A stretch of 63,477 bases of DNA, filler included, from Octopus bimaculoides (lineage: Eukaryota), in assembly GCF_001194135.2 (NCBI RefSeq). It is 7 parts of 7 records of this genome, joined end to end, with 100 filler letters (N's around TTAATTAATTAA, not from the genome) between each part and the next. Parts side by side here need not be neighbours in the genome. Positions count along the whole stretch, not along the records: positions 44,914 to 52,078 come from NC_068983.1; positions 52,179 to 58,665 come from NC_069000.1; positions 58,766 to 63,477 come from NC_069001.1; 4 more parts are not named here. One strand, 5' to 3'. The first letter of the stretch is position 1. Each line of letters begins with the position of its first letter. Below are positions 50,100 to 62,011 of the stretch, one piece after another. The notes under the pieces were generated by a model. That model had not been told where the DNA came from. It was given only the letters and a program-made list of their open reading frames with translations, and did not search any database. The translations under genes and the position numbers were made by a program.

Positions 50100-50340
50100 C
50101 TGATTTTACTTGCTTCGGTCATTCGACTGTGACCATGCTGGAGGGGAACTGCTGTCTTAATGGGTTTTAGTTGAAGGAATTGAACCCAGGATTTATTCTT
50201 TGTAAGCCTATATTTTATAGGGATCCTTTGTTGAACCGAAAAGTTTTGGGGACGTAGACATAACAGCATCGGTTGTCAAGTGATGGTGGGGCGGGACAAA
50301 CGCAGACACACACACATGTATAAATATATACACACACACA
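50100..50340 (-). mobile_element. SINE family A 3' half, diverged
   Basis: GTCATTCGACTGTGACCATGCTGGAG..TTATTCTTTGTAAGCCTA..CAGCATCGGTTGTCAAGTGATG. Confidence 0.8.
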
Positions 50341-50676
50341 CGCACACGCACACACACACGCACACACACACANNNNNNNNNNNNNNNNNNNNNNNNNNNN
50401 NNNNNNNNNNNNNNNNNNNNNNNNNNNNNNNNNNNNNNNNNNNNNNNNNNNNNNNNNNNNNNNNNNNNNNNNNNNNNNNNNNNNNNNNNNNNNNNNNNNN
50501 NNNNNNNNNNNNNNNNNNNNNNNNNNNNNNNNNNNNNNNNNNNNNNNNNNNNNNNNNNNNNNNNNNNNNNNNNNNNNNNNNNNNNNNNNNNNNNNNNNNN
50601 NNNNNNNNNNNNNNNNNNNNNNNNNNNNNNNNNNNNNNNNNNNNNNNNNNNNNNNNNNNNNNNNNNNNNNNNNNNN

Positions 50677-51550
50677 ACTCTCTTTCATTTCTAAAATGAA
50701 AGAGAGTACTGTTCTGATCTCGTCTACAGAATTCATATTTTTTCCGTCCAAATGATTTCGAAGACTGGGTAATAAATGATAATCAGATTGAGCAATGTCC
50801 GGCGAATATGGTGGGTGGGGCATCGTTTCCCATTCAAACTGCTCCAACCTTTCGAATATCATCATCGCTGTGGCCAAGCATTTTCCTGATGGAAGAACAC
50901 TTTTCGTCTTGAAACCAAAGATGGTCCTTTTTCTTCTTGCGTTGACTTAAGTCGTTCAAGTTGCTCGCAGTAGATCTCACTTGTTATCTTTAAAAACCCA
51001 ATTCTCGTCACCAGTCACATTCTGCACGCGATTAGACTCGGAAAATTTGTGAGGAACTCATTGACCGAATTTACTAATTTTTCCGAAGGCATGCAGGTGT
51101 CAATGTATGGTTGAATAACCAAATCCAAGCTTCTCTGCTAGTTCCCCAAAAGTTACGATGGGATTTAGTCCCACTAGGACTTGCAACACGTCTTCGTCGA
51201 GTTCTACAGATCTTCCAGGACGTGGCTCATCTTCTAGGCTGTTGTTTCCGGCTTGGATTTTCTGGAACCACCGTTGTCACTGGCTTACGCTTATAATCAG
51301 ATTCCCATATACTGCAATAATATTCCTTGTACTTACCGTTGTGTCGTTGCCTTTATTGAACTCAAAAAGTGAAATATGCCGAATATACTCGTTTGTCACT
51401 TCCATTATAACTTTGAAAAAAATAGATGTTAAAATCAACCTACACTCTTCAAAACTTGCACTAAGAATAAGGATAGAGTGAAATAAATACCTGCGTTTAT
51501 AGCAAGTTGATGCCGGTGTATGTCATGGTTACTCATTTACAGCTGCCTGG
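50677..51550 (-). mobile_element. Internally deleted mariner (DD34D-type) transposase pseudogene
   Basis: From ATG 51405: MEVTNEYIRHISLFEFNKG..VYG..QRWFQKIQAGNNSLEDEPRPGRS..ELAEKLGF..GQ*VPH / VTGDENWV / IYCEQLERL..FHQENAWP / WETMPHPPYSPDIAQSDYHLLPSLRNHLDGK. Confidence 0.92.
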
Positions 51551-51562
51551 AATGATGCAATG

Positions 51563-51660
51563 GGAAATAAAGTGTTTCACTATGAACACAACGCAACGCC
51601 TGGTCAAGAAGTCGAGACTACAATCTTGCAGTCGTAAGTACAACACTCAAACCAGTGGAG
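51563..51660 (-). mobile_element. Degraded SINE family D head
   Basis: Reverse complement CTGGTTTGAGTGTTGTACTTACGACTGCAAGATTGTAGTCTCGAC..GCGTTGTGTTCATAGTGAAACACTTTATTTC resembles the heads at 60035 and 60397. Confidence 0.5.
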
Positions 51661-52462
51661 AAACGGCTTTAACATAATGCATTTCTCAGTCATCAAAAAT
51701 AAATTAATTTTCTCTAACAGTCTCTGAAATGGCAGCACAGATATCTAATCCATTCGTACAGCGTTCAGAATAAAATACCCCTTTATATTATTTATTGAAT
51801 CCACGCTATTCATAAAATGACCGCAGTCAAACTACCTGATATATTAATATTTCATCTCTCACAACAGATCATCAATCAGATTCTATTAAGTTATTTAACT
51901 CATAGCCAGATTTCTCATAATATTATTGGTCAATGAAAGCTCAAAAGAATACCGGATCTTTTGACCAACATAGAGGAAAATAACCCCATTAATGTTGAAT
52001 TACTTGAAGTAATCCCTGTTTATCTAGAGTACTGCTAATCTGGTATTGTTGGTCATCAAAATTTCTTACGTAAGGAGGNNNNNNNNNNNNNNNNNNNNNN
52101 NNNNNNNNNNNNNNNNNNNNNNTTAATTAATTAANNNNNNNNNNNNNNNNNNNNNNNNNNNNNNNNNNNNNNNNNNNNATATATATATAGTGTATTCGTG
52201 TATGTGCATTATATGTATGTGCGTATGCACATATAGATGATAATTAGCAGGAAGATTGGTCGAAATTACATGTAAAACAGCTTGGTATCTACATAAATTG
52301 TAGCCAGAAGGGGTGATAGATGTGTTCTAATTATTCTAATGCTATTTTTTGCACTTTTACAAAAAGCCATATTAATAGACGCACGTATGAATATGTAATT
52401 ATAAGCAATGAACGGACATAGGACACTGTACATGTTTGAACACATACATTTGAATTCACACA

Positions 52463-52501
<39 letters not shown>

Positions 52502-52715
52502 GCATACACACATGTATATATGCACATGTGTGTATGCGTTTGTACAACAAGTGCTTACTTATCTTACGTTTAGGCATTTATGGGTATTTAATCATATATA
52601 TATGTCATCACATAATTTGGTACATAGACATGTCCTGCATTGCTGGAATTTATTGTATGATATGATATCATATCATATCATTTCTCATATCATATCATAT
52701 CTATCTATCTATCTA

Positions 52716-52768
<53 letters not shown>

Positions 52769-53494
52769 ATGAAGATATGTATTTGTCTGTTAGTAACATT
52801 GTATAACTACCTATTTATTTATTATTGCATACGTATGCTTTTGTATAAATCTATCTACGTACACATTTGGAAGATTCAATAATTGGCGGTTAGCGCGGAT
52901 GAAAGCCATTTGCCAACGTATTCCAGCGAGGCACGACCATTCGAAAAACACACAACCAAAGACATCTTGACGGGCAACGAATAAATGTTGATTTAACATA
53001 GAATCATGTACATCTCATGTATCTCGAGTTGACAACTTTGCTTCTTCAAATGAAAAAATGCCATAAAATAACTTCCTCTAACACGCACATACACACACAC
53101 ACGCACGCACACACACGCACGCACACACTCTAGGTATGTGTGAATTATGTGTGAATTATGTTAATTCTTGCATTGTACACGTGCAAATTTACAGCTCAAA
53201 CCTAATTGAAATGATCGTTTCCTATAAACTTAAAATGAAGTTTTCCCAGAAACCCTGTCCTTTATCTCTTCTTTCTAACATGTCCGTGGAGATATTTCTG
53301 TCGCTCCCTTATTTGTTTCCTTAATTTCTTCGAATTCCTATGTTTCCAATACAGGAGATTAGGATTTCACCAACAAAATACGTTCTCAATATTTTAATTT
53401 TCTCCCTCTCCAGACCAAATTAATTTTTTACTTTTTTCAAATTTTATTCTTGGTATTCCAGGAGAAAAAACAGAGTACGAGTTTTTAAGAATTT

Positions 53495-53745
53495 TACCCA
53501 TCACCTCATCACTTTCAAAAAGCTACACACTCCCAATATTTCACTTTTAGCTTTTTGAAAAGCAGGGACATTTCTTCAGAATAATATCATTTACCTGTTG
53601 TTTCTAGCATGTCGGGTGTTTCTGTGGTGGTCTGGTATTTTTAAAGTCTACTATTTCAGTAGAATCCTACGCATGCGGTAAACATCAGACAGAAGTGAAA
53701 TATTGGGAGATTTTAGCCTTTAGAAAGCTGGTAGGTGATGGTGGG
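53495..53745. repeat. Decayed MITE-like inverted repeat
   Basis: CTCCCAATATTTCAC (about 53530) and GTGAAATATTGGGAG (about 53695) form a perfect 15-bp inverted pair, with weaker pairing outside. Confidence 0.5.
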
Positions 53746-53853
53746 CGAGGTGGGGGAAAGGAGCATTGAGTGTTTCTTTAAGAAAAATTAATCTATAAAA
53801 TATATATATATATATTTCCCAAATTCGTAATCTGTGTAATTTTCTACGTAGAT

Positions 53854-53894
<41 letters not shown>

Positions 53895-54121
53895 ATAAAT
53901 GTGATACAATTTTAACATATATGTTGAAATATATGTTTGATATAGAAGAATCATGATTTGGTATATAACTTAATACATTTGGCAAAGAGGACAGACATGT
54001 TTGTAATATATGGCAAGTGATTGTCCACTGAAAGTTTTGCCTTGTATAATGAAAACATTCCTGATTAACTAACAGCGAAACTCAAAGTAGACAGTGGCTT
54101 TCGTACATGACGTACACACAA

Positions 54122-54153
<32 letters not shown>

Positions 54154-55126
54154 GCACATTTAATCAATCTTATTTCTGTTGTTTGTCCATCTTCTGTGTG
54201 TGTATGTGTGTGTGTGCCATACATGTAGCATGCAATGACTTCTGCAGTGTCACCGCTGAGTATATATATTTGTTTTACGTTTCTTTCCCTCTTACTGCTC
54301 CATATTAAATTCTTTGCTTCAGTCAGGCATTCCTTTCGCTTTAATCTAAACAGCCGCTCTCATTCTACAAAATATCTATTTCAAATCTCTTTCTCGTCTT
54401 TTCTTTCTCTCGTTAGATATCAATAGCAAAAGGACAGTTTTAATCTGAAACCTTCATAAATAAAGAGCTCTTCTTGATTATCACATTTCAATTGATATTT
54501 ATGAATTCAAAGGTGAAAACAAATTCTTGGTGTGGTTTCGAATTACCCTCACGCCCAAATATCTTAAAAGTACTATGCAACAGATGACGTTTCTGTCAAT
54601 AATATTGGCAAGAAGGAAAAGAAAAAAAGTTTTACTGGCACACGTTTAGATCTGCTTTACGAATACGATTCGCCTCATTCAAGTTCATGTTAGAAGTTTC
54701 TATATATCAAACCGCCAAGGGACCGTGATTTTTCGTTATGCTGTTAAGATGCTGTGACAAAATTTCAGCTTTGATTCCGGTAAATTGTTGACTACCTCGT
54801 CGAAGGTTTCGGGCAACAAACATAACAGTTTCACCTTGGTTTGGCAATAGGGTGGGTTGCACCAATAAAACTGACAACGCAGTCCTCATCGAGAAGCTCG
54901 AGCATATTTATATAGCCAAGATTTTAAAAAGTTGGTTTCAATCTGAATGTTACCTACTTTATTTTATTTTATAATTTATAATTTATAATTTATCTTGATT
55001 ACATATCCTTTAATAATTATTTCTCAAAATCATTTAAAACTTAAAAAATAAAATATAATTATTTGATAGGGTTAATCACAATGATGTAAATTATGTAGAT
55101 CAAAAACCTTATTTTGCTAGACTTAC

Positions 55127-55161
55127 CTCCCTTTGACCATTAATTTGTATTTCTGCAAGAT
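55127..55161 (-). CDS. Candidate 35-nt exon of the - strand gene
   Basis: TTACCTTTTATAG acceptor and consensus GAG|GTAAGT donor. Phase 1 to 0 gives (D)LAEIQINGQRE; phase 0 is also open. Confidence 0.4.
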
Positions 55162-55412
55162 CTATAAAAGGTAATTTTTCTTTTAATTTCTTTTCTTCTC
55201 AAACCTCTAACGGTTTTCTTATTTGATAAAACAGCGTCGTAAGCATGTCGTTACTTAATATCCTAGCTTAACAATTGTACTTAGTTACTCTACTATATAA
55301 CGGTTTTCTTAACCGATATTGTAAGTCGAAACAACCTGATTACAACTTCTCTATATACATGTAATTTATATACAAATAATAATGTTGTCTGTTGTGAATT
55401 AATGTAACTTGG

Positions 55413-55489
55413 CCCTGAAGAGATGGAAGGCCCTAATTTCTTATCTCAGACAAGAGTAAGTCGGGATCTTGCATCGAAATGCGCATAGG
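55413..55489 (+). ncRNA. Minimal type I hammerhead ribozyme motif with intact core
   Basis: CC-CTGAAGA-[GATGGAAGGCCC..GGGATCTTGCATC stem II]-GAAA-T-GCGC-ATA-GG. Palindromic GCGC tetraloop; stem I is only about 2 bp. Confidence 0.7.
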
Positions 55490-56042
55490 ATTATAAACAA
55501 GTTTTATTAATATATAGGATTGCGTCATGGCTCTCATTTTAATTGATATGCTCCCAAAATTGTATCACCTATACGAAAGTCATTATATTTAAACTAAGTA
55601 TAAACAACTTTTCAAGTGAGAACTTTGCTACTTTGGTAACAGTTACAATACTTATCTTACCAAAATATTTGGCAGCTATTTAAATGCGCAAATATATATA
55701 TATATATANNNNNNNNNNNNNNNNNNNNNNNNNNNNNNNNNNNNNNNNNNNNNNNNNNNNNNNNNNNNNNNNNNNNNNNNNNNNNNNNNNNNNNNNNNNN
55801 NNNNNNNNNNNNNNNNNNNNNNNNNNNNNNNNNNNNNNNNNNNNNNNNNNNNNNNNNNNNNNNNNNNNNNNNNNNNNNNNNNNNNNNNNNNNNNNNNNNN
55901 NNNNNNNNNNGGTTACTGTCAATCCCTATATATTTATGATTATAAATGATTTTTACCGAAAAGGTTTTTCATACTGAGCTACCCGGCAAAATTGTTAATT
56001 ATTAATTTTATTACTAATTGACGATTCCCTGCCCTGCATATC

Positions 56043-56077
<35 letters not shown>

Positions 56078-56079
56078 GT

Positions 56080-56290
56080 GTGTGTGTGTCTGTATTTGTC
56101 CCCACAACATCGCTTGACAACCGATGCTGGTGTGTTTACGTCTCCGTAACTTAGCGGTTCGTCAAAGAGAAGGAGAGGATAAGTATTAGGCTTACAAGGA
56201 ATAAGTCCCGGGGTCGCTTTGTTCGACTAAAGGCGGTGCTCCAGCATGGCCGCGGTCAAATGACTGAAACAAGTAAAAAAAAATAAAAGA
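56080..56290 (+). mobile_element. SINE family A 3' half
   Basis: ACAACATCGCTTGACAACCGATGCTGGTGTGTTTACG..GGCGGTGCTCCAGCATGGCCGCGGTCAAATGACTGAAACAAGTAAAA. Confidence 0.9.
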
Positions 56291-56389
56291 ATAACTCAGT
56301 AACAATAAATTGAAACTCACCAACAAGTAGAATCTCATGTTTTGTTCTCTTTACTGGATTTGGGGCAAGGTTTACAGCGTTTACAAGAA

Positions 56390-57350
56390 GCTACTACTTT
56401 CTTCATTGATGTTCATGGTGTAAATAGAAAGACATTACTGATAAGTCTATTGCATGCTAATATCTGCCAAAACAAATTCATGGCTATTGTAGCCGCTTTC
56501 AAGATATTAGTGACCGCAGTACTTTTCTCTTTGGACCAGAACAAAACATTCCGCGAGAAGACGTTTTTCTGGATTGGGCAGACATAGTATTAGGTTTGTG
56601 CAACATTGCCAAGAATTAAGGAACCGGAGAGTTTCTTATTTGATGCAGAAGAAGTTACAAGGAAACACTGGAAACTGTGGTAGGAATTACGTGAGATTGA
56701 GTCTTAAAGGTGAGGCTTAGCAATTGTATTGTCAGATCTTACCCGTGATCTCCATTGAATAAACGTATACGGAATTTGTGTTTGCTTTAAATCGTTATCA
56801 TTTTTGCCCTAACCTCATCTTCAAACTGTCTACAAATACGACGGAATTGCTTTATCTTTGATCCGCCAAACTATGAAGAACTCAAGCACAAATATTATTT
56901 ACCTTTATTCCTTTGGGGCCAATTACAAACTCAGATAGCATGACTGCTACATTTCGCATTTACGATCTTATTTCACTAAATTCCATCCATTTCCTATCCA
57001 AAGCTTGAAGAGAATTCGTGTGTGCTATCGGACATTCATCCCAGATGATCATTCGACATTTCTTATGAAGGTGTTCGGTTTCTAATTTTCTTATAAGTTG
57101 GAAAGGGAATATTTCATTTCGGCAGTAATTGCGTCCATGAATCCACATTCCATTAACTTAATTCTTTAGACAGCAGAGGGGATTGATGAATTGATATCTG
57201 AGATGTTCCTCAATCTGCGAGATCATTAATTAACGCAGAAGGAAGTGCCAAGAAAATGTTAAGCCACAGCATTAGCCGGCAGCTACTGCAGATATTTCCA
57301 GCAGATAATCCCAGCCACAAATCAAAGGACGTTGTCGAAGATCAGAGAGA
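56390..57350. mobile_element. Helitron PIF1-type helicase fragments in mixed orientation
   Basis: + strand FFIDVHGVNRKTLLISLL (decayed Walker A region) and CNIAKN; - strand KCRMIIWDECPIAHTNSLQALDR (Walker B); + strand DELISEMFLNL and ISRQLLQIFPADNPSHKSKDVV. Confidence 0.8.
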
Positions 57351-57402
57351 AATATCTTTTACATATTTTACTTGTCAGACTGTGGCCATGCTGGAGCATC
57401 TC

Positions 57403-57470
<68 letters not shown>

Positions 57471-57594
57471 GTTAGCTAGCTAGCTATATGTATACATATA
57501 GATATAAACATATATATTCATACACACACACACGCGCGCACACTCACGTATATATATATACATGCACATATATATGTATATATATATATTTGTG

Positions 57595-57633
<39 letters not shown>

Positions 57634-57946
57634 NNNNNNNNNNNNNNNNNNNNNNNNNNNNNNNNNNNNNNNNNNNNNNNNNNNNNNNNNNNNNNNNNNN
57701 NNNNNNNNNNNNNNNNNNNNNNNNNNNNNNNNNNNNNNNNNNNNNNNNNNNNNNNNNNNNNNNNNNNNNNNNNNNNNNNNNNNNNNNNNNNNNNNNNNNN
57801 NNNNNNNNNNNNNNNNNNNNNNNNNNNNNNNNNNNNNNNNNNNNNNNNNNNNNNNNNNNNNNNNNNNNNNNNNNNNNAGGAATTAAAGGAACTTTTATTT
57901 ATATGCGTTTTGTTCCATTTATTGTTATTATTCATATATATATATA

Positions 57947-58005
<59 letters not shown>

Positions 58006-58765
58006 AATACTATTTATAATGATACATAGCTTGTATGCAAGAGAGAAAGGGAGAGAAGGAGAGATAGGTGACAGAGAATGTCGGAAAGAGTTGTAATTTG
58101 AAATTACAACTGCAGGTATACCTGATAAAGTTGTATATTGATATATAATTAAATTTACATAAATGATAGCGAAATATTTTGGGAAGCTAGGAAAACCAAT
58201 TGGGAAAAGTAGACGAACCTTTAAGCAGAAAAGTCATGCTAAAGACGTGCATTCCAGTCATGGCTGAAGGTTGTTGACAGCGTTGCATTTACTAAGTTCT
58301 GGAAGACAAGGGTGGACTGGTGAGTGATAGAAAGGACTAGGTTTCCATGGGGATCTAGATTTTCAGAAGACGGTCATTGAGGAGAGAGAAAGAGAGAAGG
58401 AGAGACTGAGAGAGGGAAAGAGAGGGACAGGGAAAGAGAGGGACAGGGAAAGAGAGGGACAGGGAAAGATGGATAGATGTAGGAAGGGAATGAGAAGGCG
58501 GATGGAGAGAAAGAGAGAGAGAGAAAGAGGGAGGGAGATAGATAGATATGCTGAAGGAGTTAGAGAACGATATTGTGAGATTCATTTGACGATAGTTGAC
58601 TAGGTTAGGGGAATTGCTTTCGAGTGTGGGTGGGCACCTGGATAAACTGTTGGGTGCTTATATATNNNNNNNNNNNNNNNNNNNNNNNNNNNNNNNNNNN
58701 NNNNNNNNNTTAATTAATTAANNNNNNNNNNNNNNNNNNNNNNNNNNNNNNNNNNNNNNNNNNNN

Positions 58766-58847
58766 GCTTCTTTCAGTCTCCGTCTACCAAATCCACTCAC
58801 AAGGCTTTGGTCGGACCTGAAGCTATAGTAGAAGACAATTTTGCTCT
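58766..58847 (-). mobile_element. SINE family A middle fragment
   Basis: GCTTCTTTCAGTCTCCGTCTACCAAATCCACTCACAAGGCTTTGGTCGG..GCTATAGTAGAAGACA. Confidence 0.8.
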
Positions 58848-58862
58848 GTCAAGTGAAAAAAA

Positions 58863-58913
<51 letters not shown>

Positions 58914-59549
58914 TAACTCAAGTTTAATTGAAATTCCTGGAGTCTTGTATGCCTACCTGCACCCAACGGCGCCATGTTATTTGTTCTTTTCAACTATCTA
59001 ATATGTTCCTGGTTGATTCTTGCCATGCTAAGGAGACAAAGCTTTTGTAACAGTTCTACTGGGCACTCTATTCCAAAATCCTTTATATTGCTCTTGATTT
59101 GTTCTGATACTCTCTCCCGCCACAGAATACCAGATGAAGCGGGGTTGGGGCGTTCCTTATGGGGACAGTTTACAGCAGAAAAAAGAGAGGACGGTAAAAT
59201 GAGATATAAGTATATACATGGTGTACAAAATATGTGACCATATCTATGGTACAGTCACCTGATACAACTAGGGCCAATCAAGAGACCCTACAGATCCAGA
59301 ATCACCATGACCCCCAAGATCGCAAACCCTCACCCAACTTCTGTTCTCCAATCTACAGACGCATGCTTAGAGTAGGTCTATTCCTCCAAACCATTTTTGC
59401 CATAGTCACTCAACTTTTGATAAATTCAATGAGAGAGAGAGGGGGAGGGAGGAAGAGGGCACTTCCGCCAACACCCTCACTTACCTTTCCAAGTGGAACT
59501 TAGAAAAGTCAGTTGAGGGCTTGACCGAAGTGGCAGGTGTGTAAAAACA

Positions 59550-60035
59550 ACGGTTTCTGATTTAGACACGGGGTCAAGTATTTCTAGAGGAGGGGTATTA
59601 GTCGATGTCATTGACCCCAGTATTTCACTGGTACTTTATTTTATTCCCTATCGGGATGTAGGGGTGGGAGATGACCGGCAGAGTTGACCTCAGTGAAATT
59701 TAACTCAGAAAGTAAAGAACCGGATCAAATACCGCAAAGCATTTTGACCGAGGCTCTAATACAAAATTTCTAATTTGAGCATAAACTTCATCGGAGTATA
59801 TGTTTTACCAAGCCTGAAAAGGATATAAGTCAAAGGTAACCTCGGCAAGATTTGAACCCAGGAAGTAGAGGCATGGATCTAATTTGCAACGCACTTGGTC
59901 CGACGCTCTAACGACTTTTCTTACGTAGACACAAAACCAGAAATTTAAAGGGTAGCAGATTTACTTCAGCAGGATTTGAACTCAGGCCTAAAGAGCCATG
60001 ACTAAACTCGATAAAGCAGCGTTCTAATGAATCTG
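59550..60035 (-). mobile_element. Three adjacent decayed SINE family B fragments
   Basis: TTGACCCCAGT..CTGGTACT, GACCTC.G..ATTTGAAC.CAG and GACGCTCTAACGA recur at about 59600-59760, 59800-59917 and 59960-60033. Confidence 0.65.
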
Positions 60036-60354
60036 AGCGTGGTTGAGTGGAGAGGATACTCGGTTCGCGATTGTAAGGTCAAGAGTTCGCTATCCGGCAG
60101 CGTATTCTGTCCTTGAGCAAGACACTTTATTTCACGTTGTTCCAATCCACTCAGCTGGCAAAAATGCATTGTACCTGTAATTCAAAGGGTCCAGCCTTGT
60201 CACATTCTGTGTCGTGCTGAATCTCCCTGAGAACTACGTTAAGGGTACACGTGTCTGCGGAGTGATCAGCCACTTGCACGTTAATTTTCACGCGCAGGCT
60301 GTTCCGTTGATCGGATCAACTGGAACCTCGTCGTCGTAACCGACGGAGTGTCAG
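60035..60354 (+). mobile_element. SINE family D, full length
   Basis: tRNA-like head (GTGGTTGAGTGG..GAGTTCGCTATCC), TGTCCTTGAGCAAGACACTTTATTTCACG, and tail ending CGTCGTAACCGACGGAGTG. Confidence 0.85.
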
Positions 60355-60396
60355 GTATGTATGTATGTATGGATGAATGGATGGATGGATAGATAC

Positions 60397-60915
60397 ATGC
60401 GTTGCTTAGTGGTTAGAGTACTCGGCTCACGATCATATGGTCATGAGTTCAATTTCCAGCAGCGCAGCGTGTCCTTGAGCAAGACACTTTATTTCACGTT
60501 GCTCCAAGTCCACTCAGCTGGCAAAAATGATTTGTACCTGCATTTCAAAAGGTCGGCCTCCGTCACGGTCAATCTCCCTGAGAACTACCCCACCCCTTAG
60601 CATTTAAACCGGCCATATCCGGCCAAAACACTCTACTTGCTTTACGTTCAAACTGGTCAGGTCTGACATCTCACACCAACCCTACAATGTCATTTTTATA
60701 TAAACAATCGCATCATTGAAATCTCGAGGTTACAAGATAATGCACGATTAATCCAAAACAATGTGAATAAACAAGCATTACATTTGACAGAATAATGTGA
60801 ATGCTAAAGGGTTTAAGGGTACGCTTGTCTGTGGAGTACTCAGCCACTTGCACGTTAATTTCACGAGCAGGCTATTCCGTTGATCATCCCATCTCGTACA
60901 ACCGACGGAGAACCA
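60397..60915 (+). mobile_element. SINE family D copy interrupted by a MITE
   Basis: Matches 60035-60354 up to GAGAACTAC (60588) and resumes at TTAAGGGTAC (about 60813). Confidence 0.85.
60593..60811. mobile_element. piggyBac-type MITE inserted at the SINE's TTAA site
   Basis: Ends CCCCTTAGCATT..AATGCTAAAGGG are inverted. The uninterrupted SINE reads GAACTACG-TTAA-GGGTAC at the same point. TTAA is retained on the right and the left copy is degraded. Confidence 0.7.
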
Positions 60916-61621
60916 GTTTATGACATATAGACAAAACACCTGGTCACTAACCTATTTCACCTTGTTTATACTTTATTTTTTTTTTCATGTCACTTCAGAC
61001 CAATCTATTAAAGGCTTTCCTCTCCTTCCCCAACCACCACCCTCTNNNNNNNNNNNNNNNNNNNNNNNNNNNNNNNNNNNNNNNNNNNNNNNNNNNNNNN
61101 NNNNNNNNNNNNNNNNNNNNNNNNNNNNNNNNNNNNNNNNNNNNNNNNNNNNNNNNNNNNNNNNNNNNNNNNNNNNNNNNNNNNNNNNNNNNNNNNNNNN
61201 NNNNNNNNNNNNNNNNNNNNNNNNNNNNNNNNNNNNNNNNNNNNNNNNNNNNNNNNNNNNNNNNNNNNNNNNNNNNNNNNNNNNNNNNNNNNNNNNNNNN
61301 NNNNNNNNNNNNNNNNNNNNNNNNNNNNNNNNNNNNNNNNNNNNNNNNNNNNNNNNNNNNNNNNNNNNNNNNNNNNNNNNNNNNNNNNNNNNNNNNNNNN
61401 NNNNNNNNNNNNNNNNNNNNNNNNNNNNNNNNNNNNNNNNNNNNNNNNNNNNNNNNNNNNNNNNNNNNNNNNNNNNNNNNNNNNNNNNNNNNNNNNNNNN
61501 NNNNNNNNNNNNNNNNNNNNNNNNNNNNNNNNNNNNNNNNNNNNNNNNNNNNNNNNNNNNNNNNNNNNNNNNNNNNNNNNNNNNNNNNNNNNNNNNNNNN
61601 NNNNNNNNNNNNNNNNNNNNN

Positions 61622-61711
<90 letters not shown>

Positions 61712-61884
61712 TTATTTATTTATTTATTTATGCATTTTGTATATTATTATACATTTTGCATAAATGTGTATATTTACGTATTTATATGCACGTGTGTATA
61801 ACCATATATACACGTATATACATGCACATATGTCTGTCTGTATATATCTGTATATATGTATGTCTAAGCATATATATGTGTGTA

Positions 61885-61920
<36 letters not shown>

Positions 61921-61975
61921 TGTATGTATGTATGTGTTTGTGTGTATGNNNNNNNNNNATGTATGTGTTTGTGTG

Positions 61976-62011
<36 letters not shown>

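Noticed and set aside
58421-58469. 18-bp unit AGAGGGACAGGGAAAGAG repeated about three times, as a possible CRISPR-like array
   Set aside because: There are no spacers, and it is a purine-rich minisatellite in eukaryotic DNA.
9550-58721. TTAATTAATTAA islands inside N runs (9550, 20118, 34024, 44858, 52123, 58710)
   Set aside because: An identical 12-mer with stops in all six frames, centred in N blocks of similar size, is an assembly or scaffolding spacer rather than biology.
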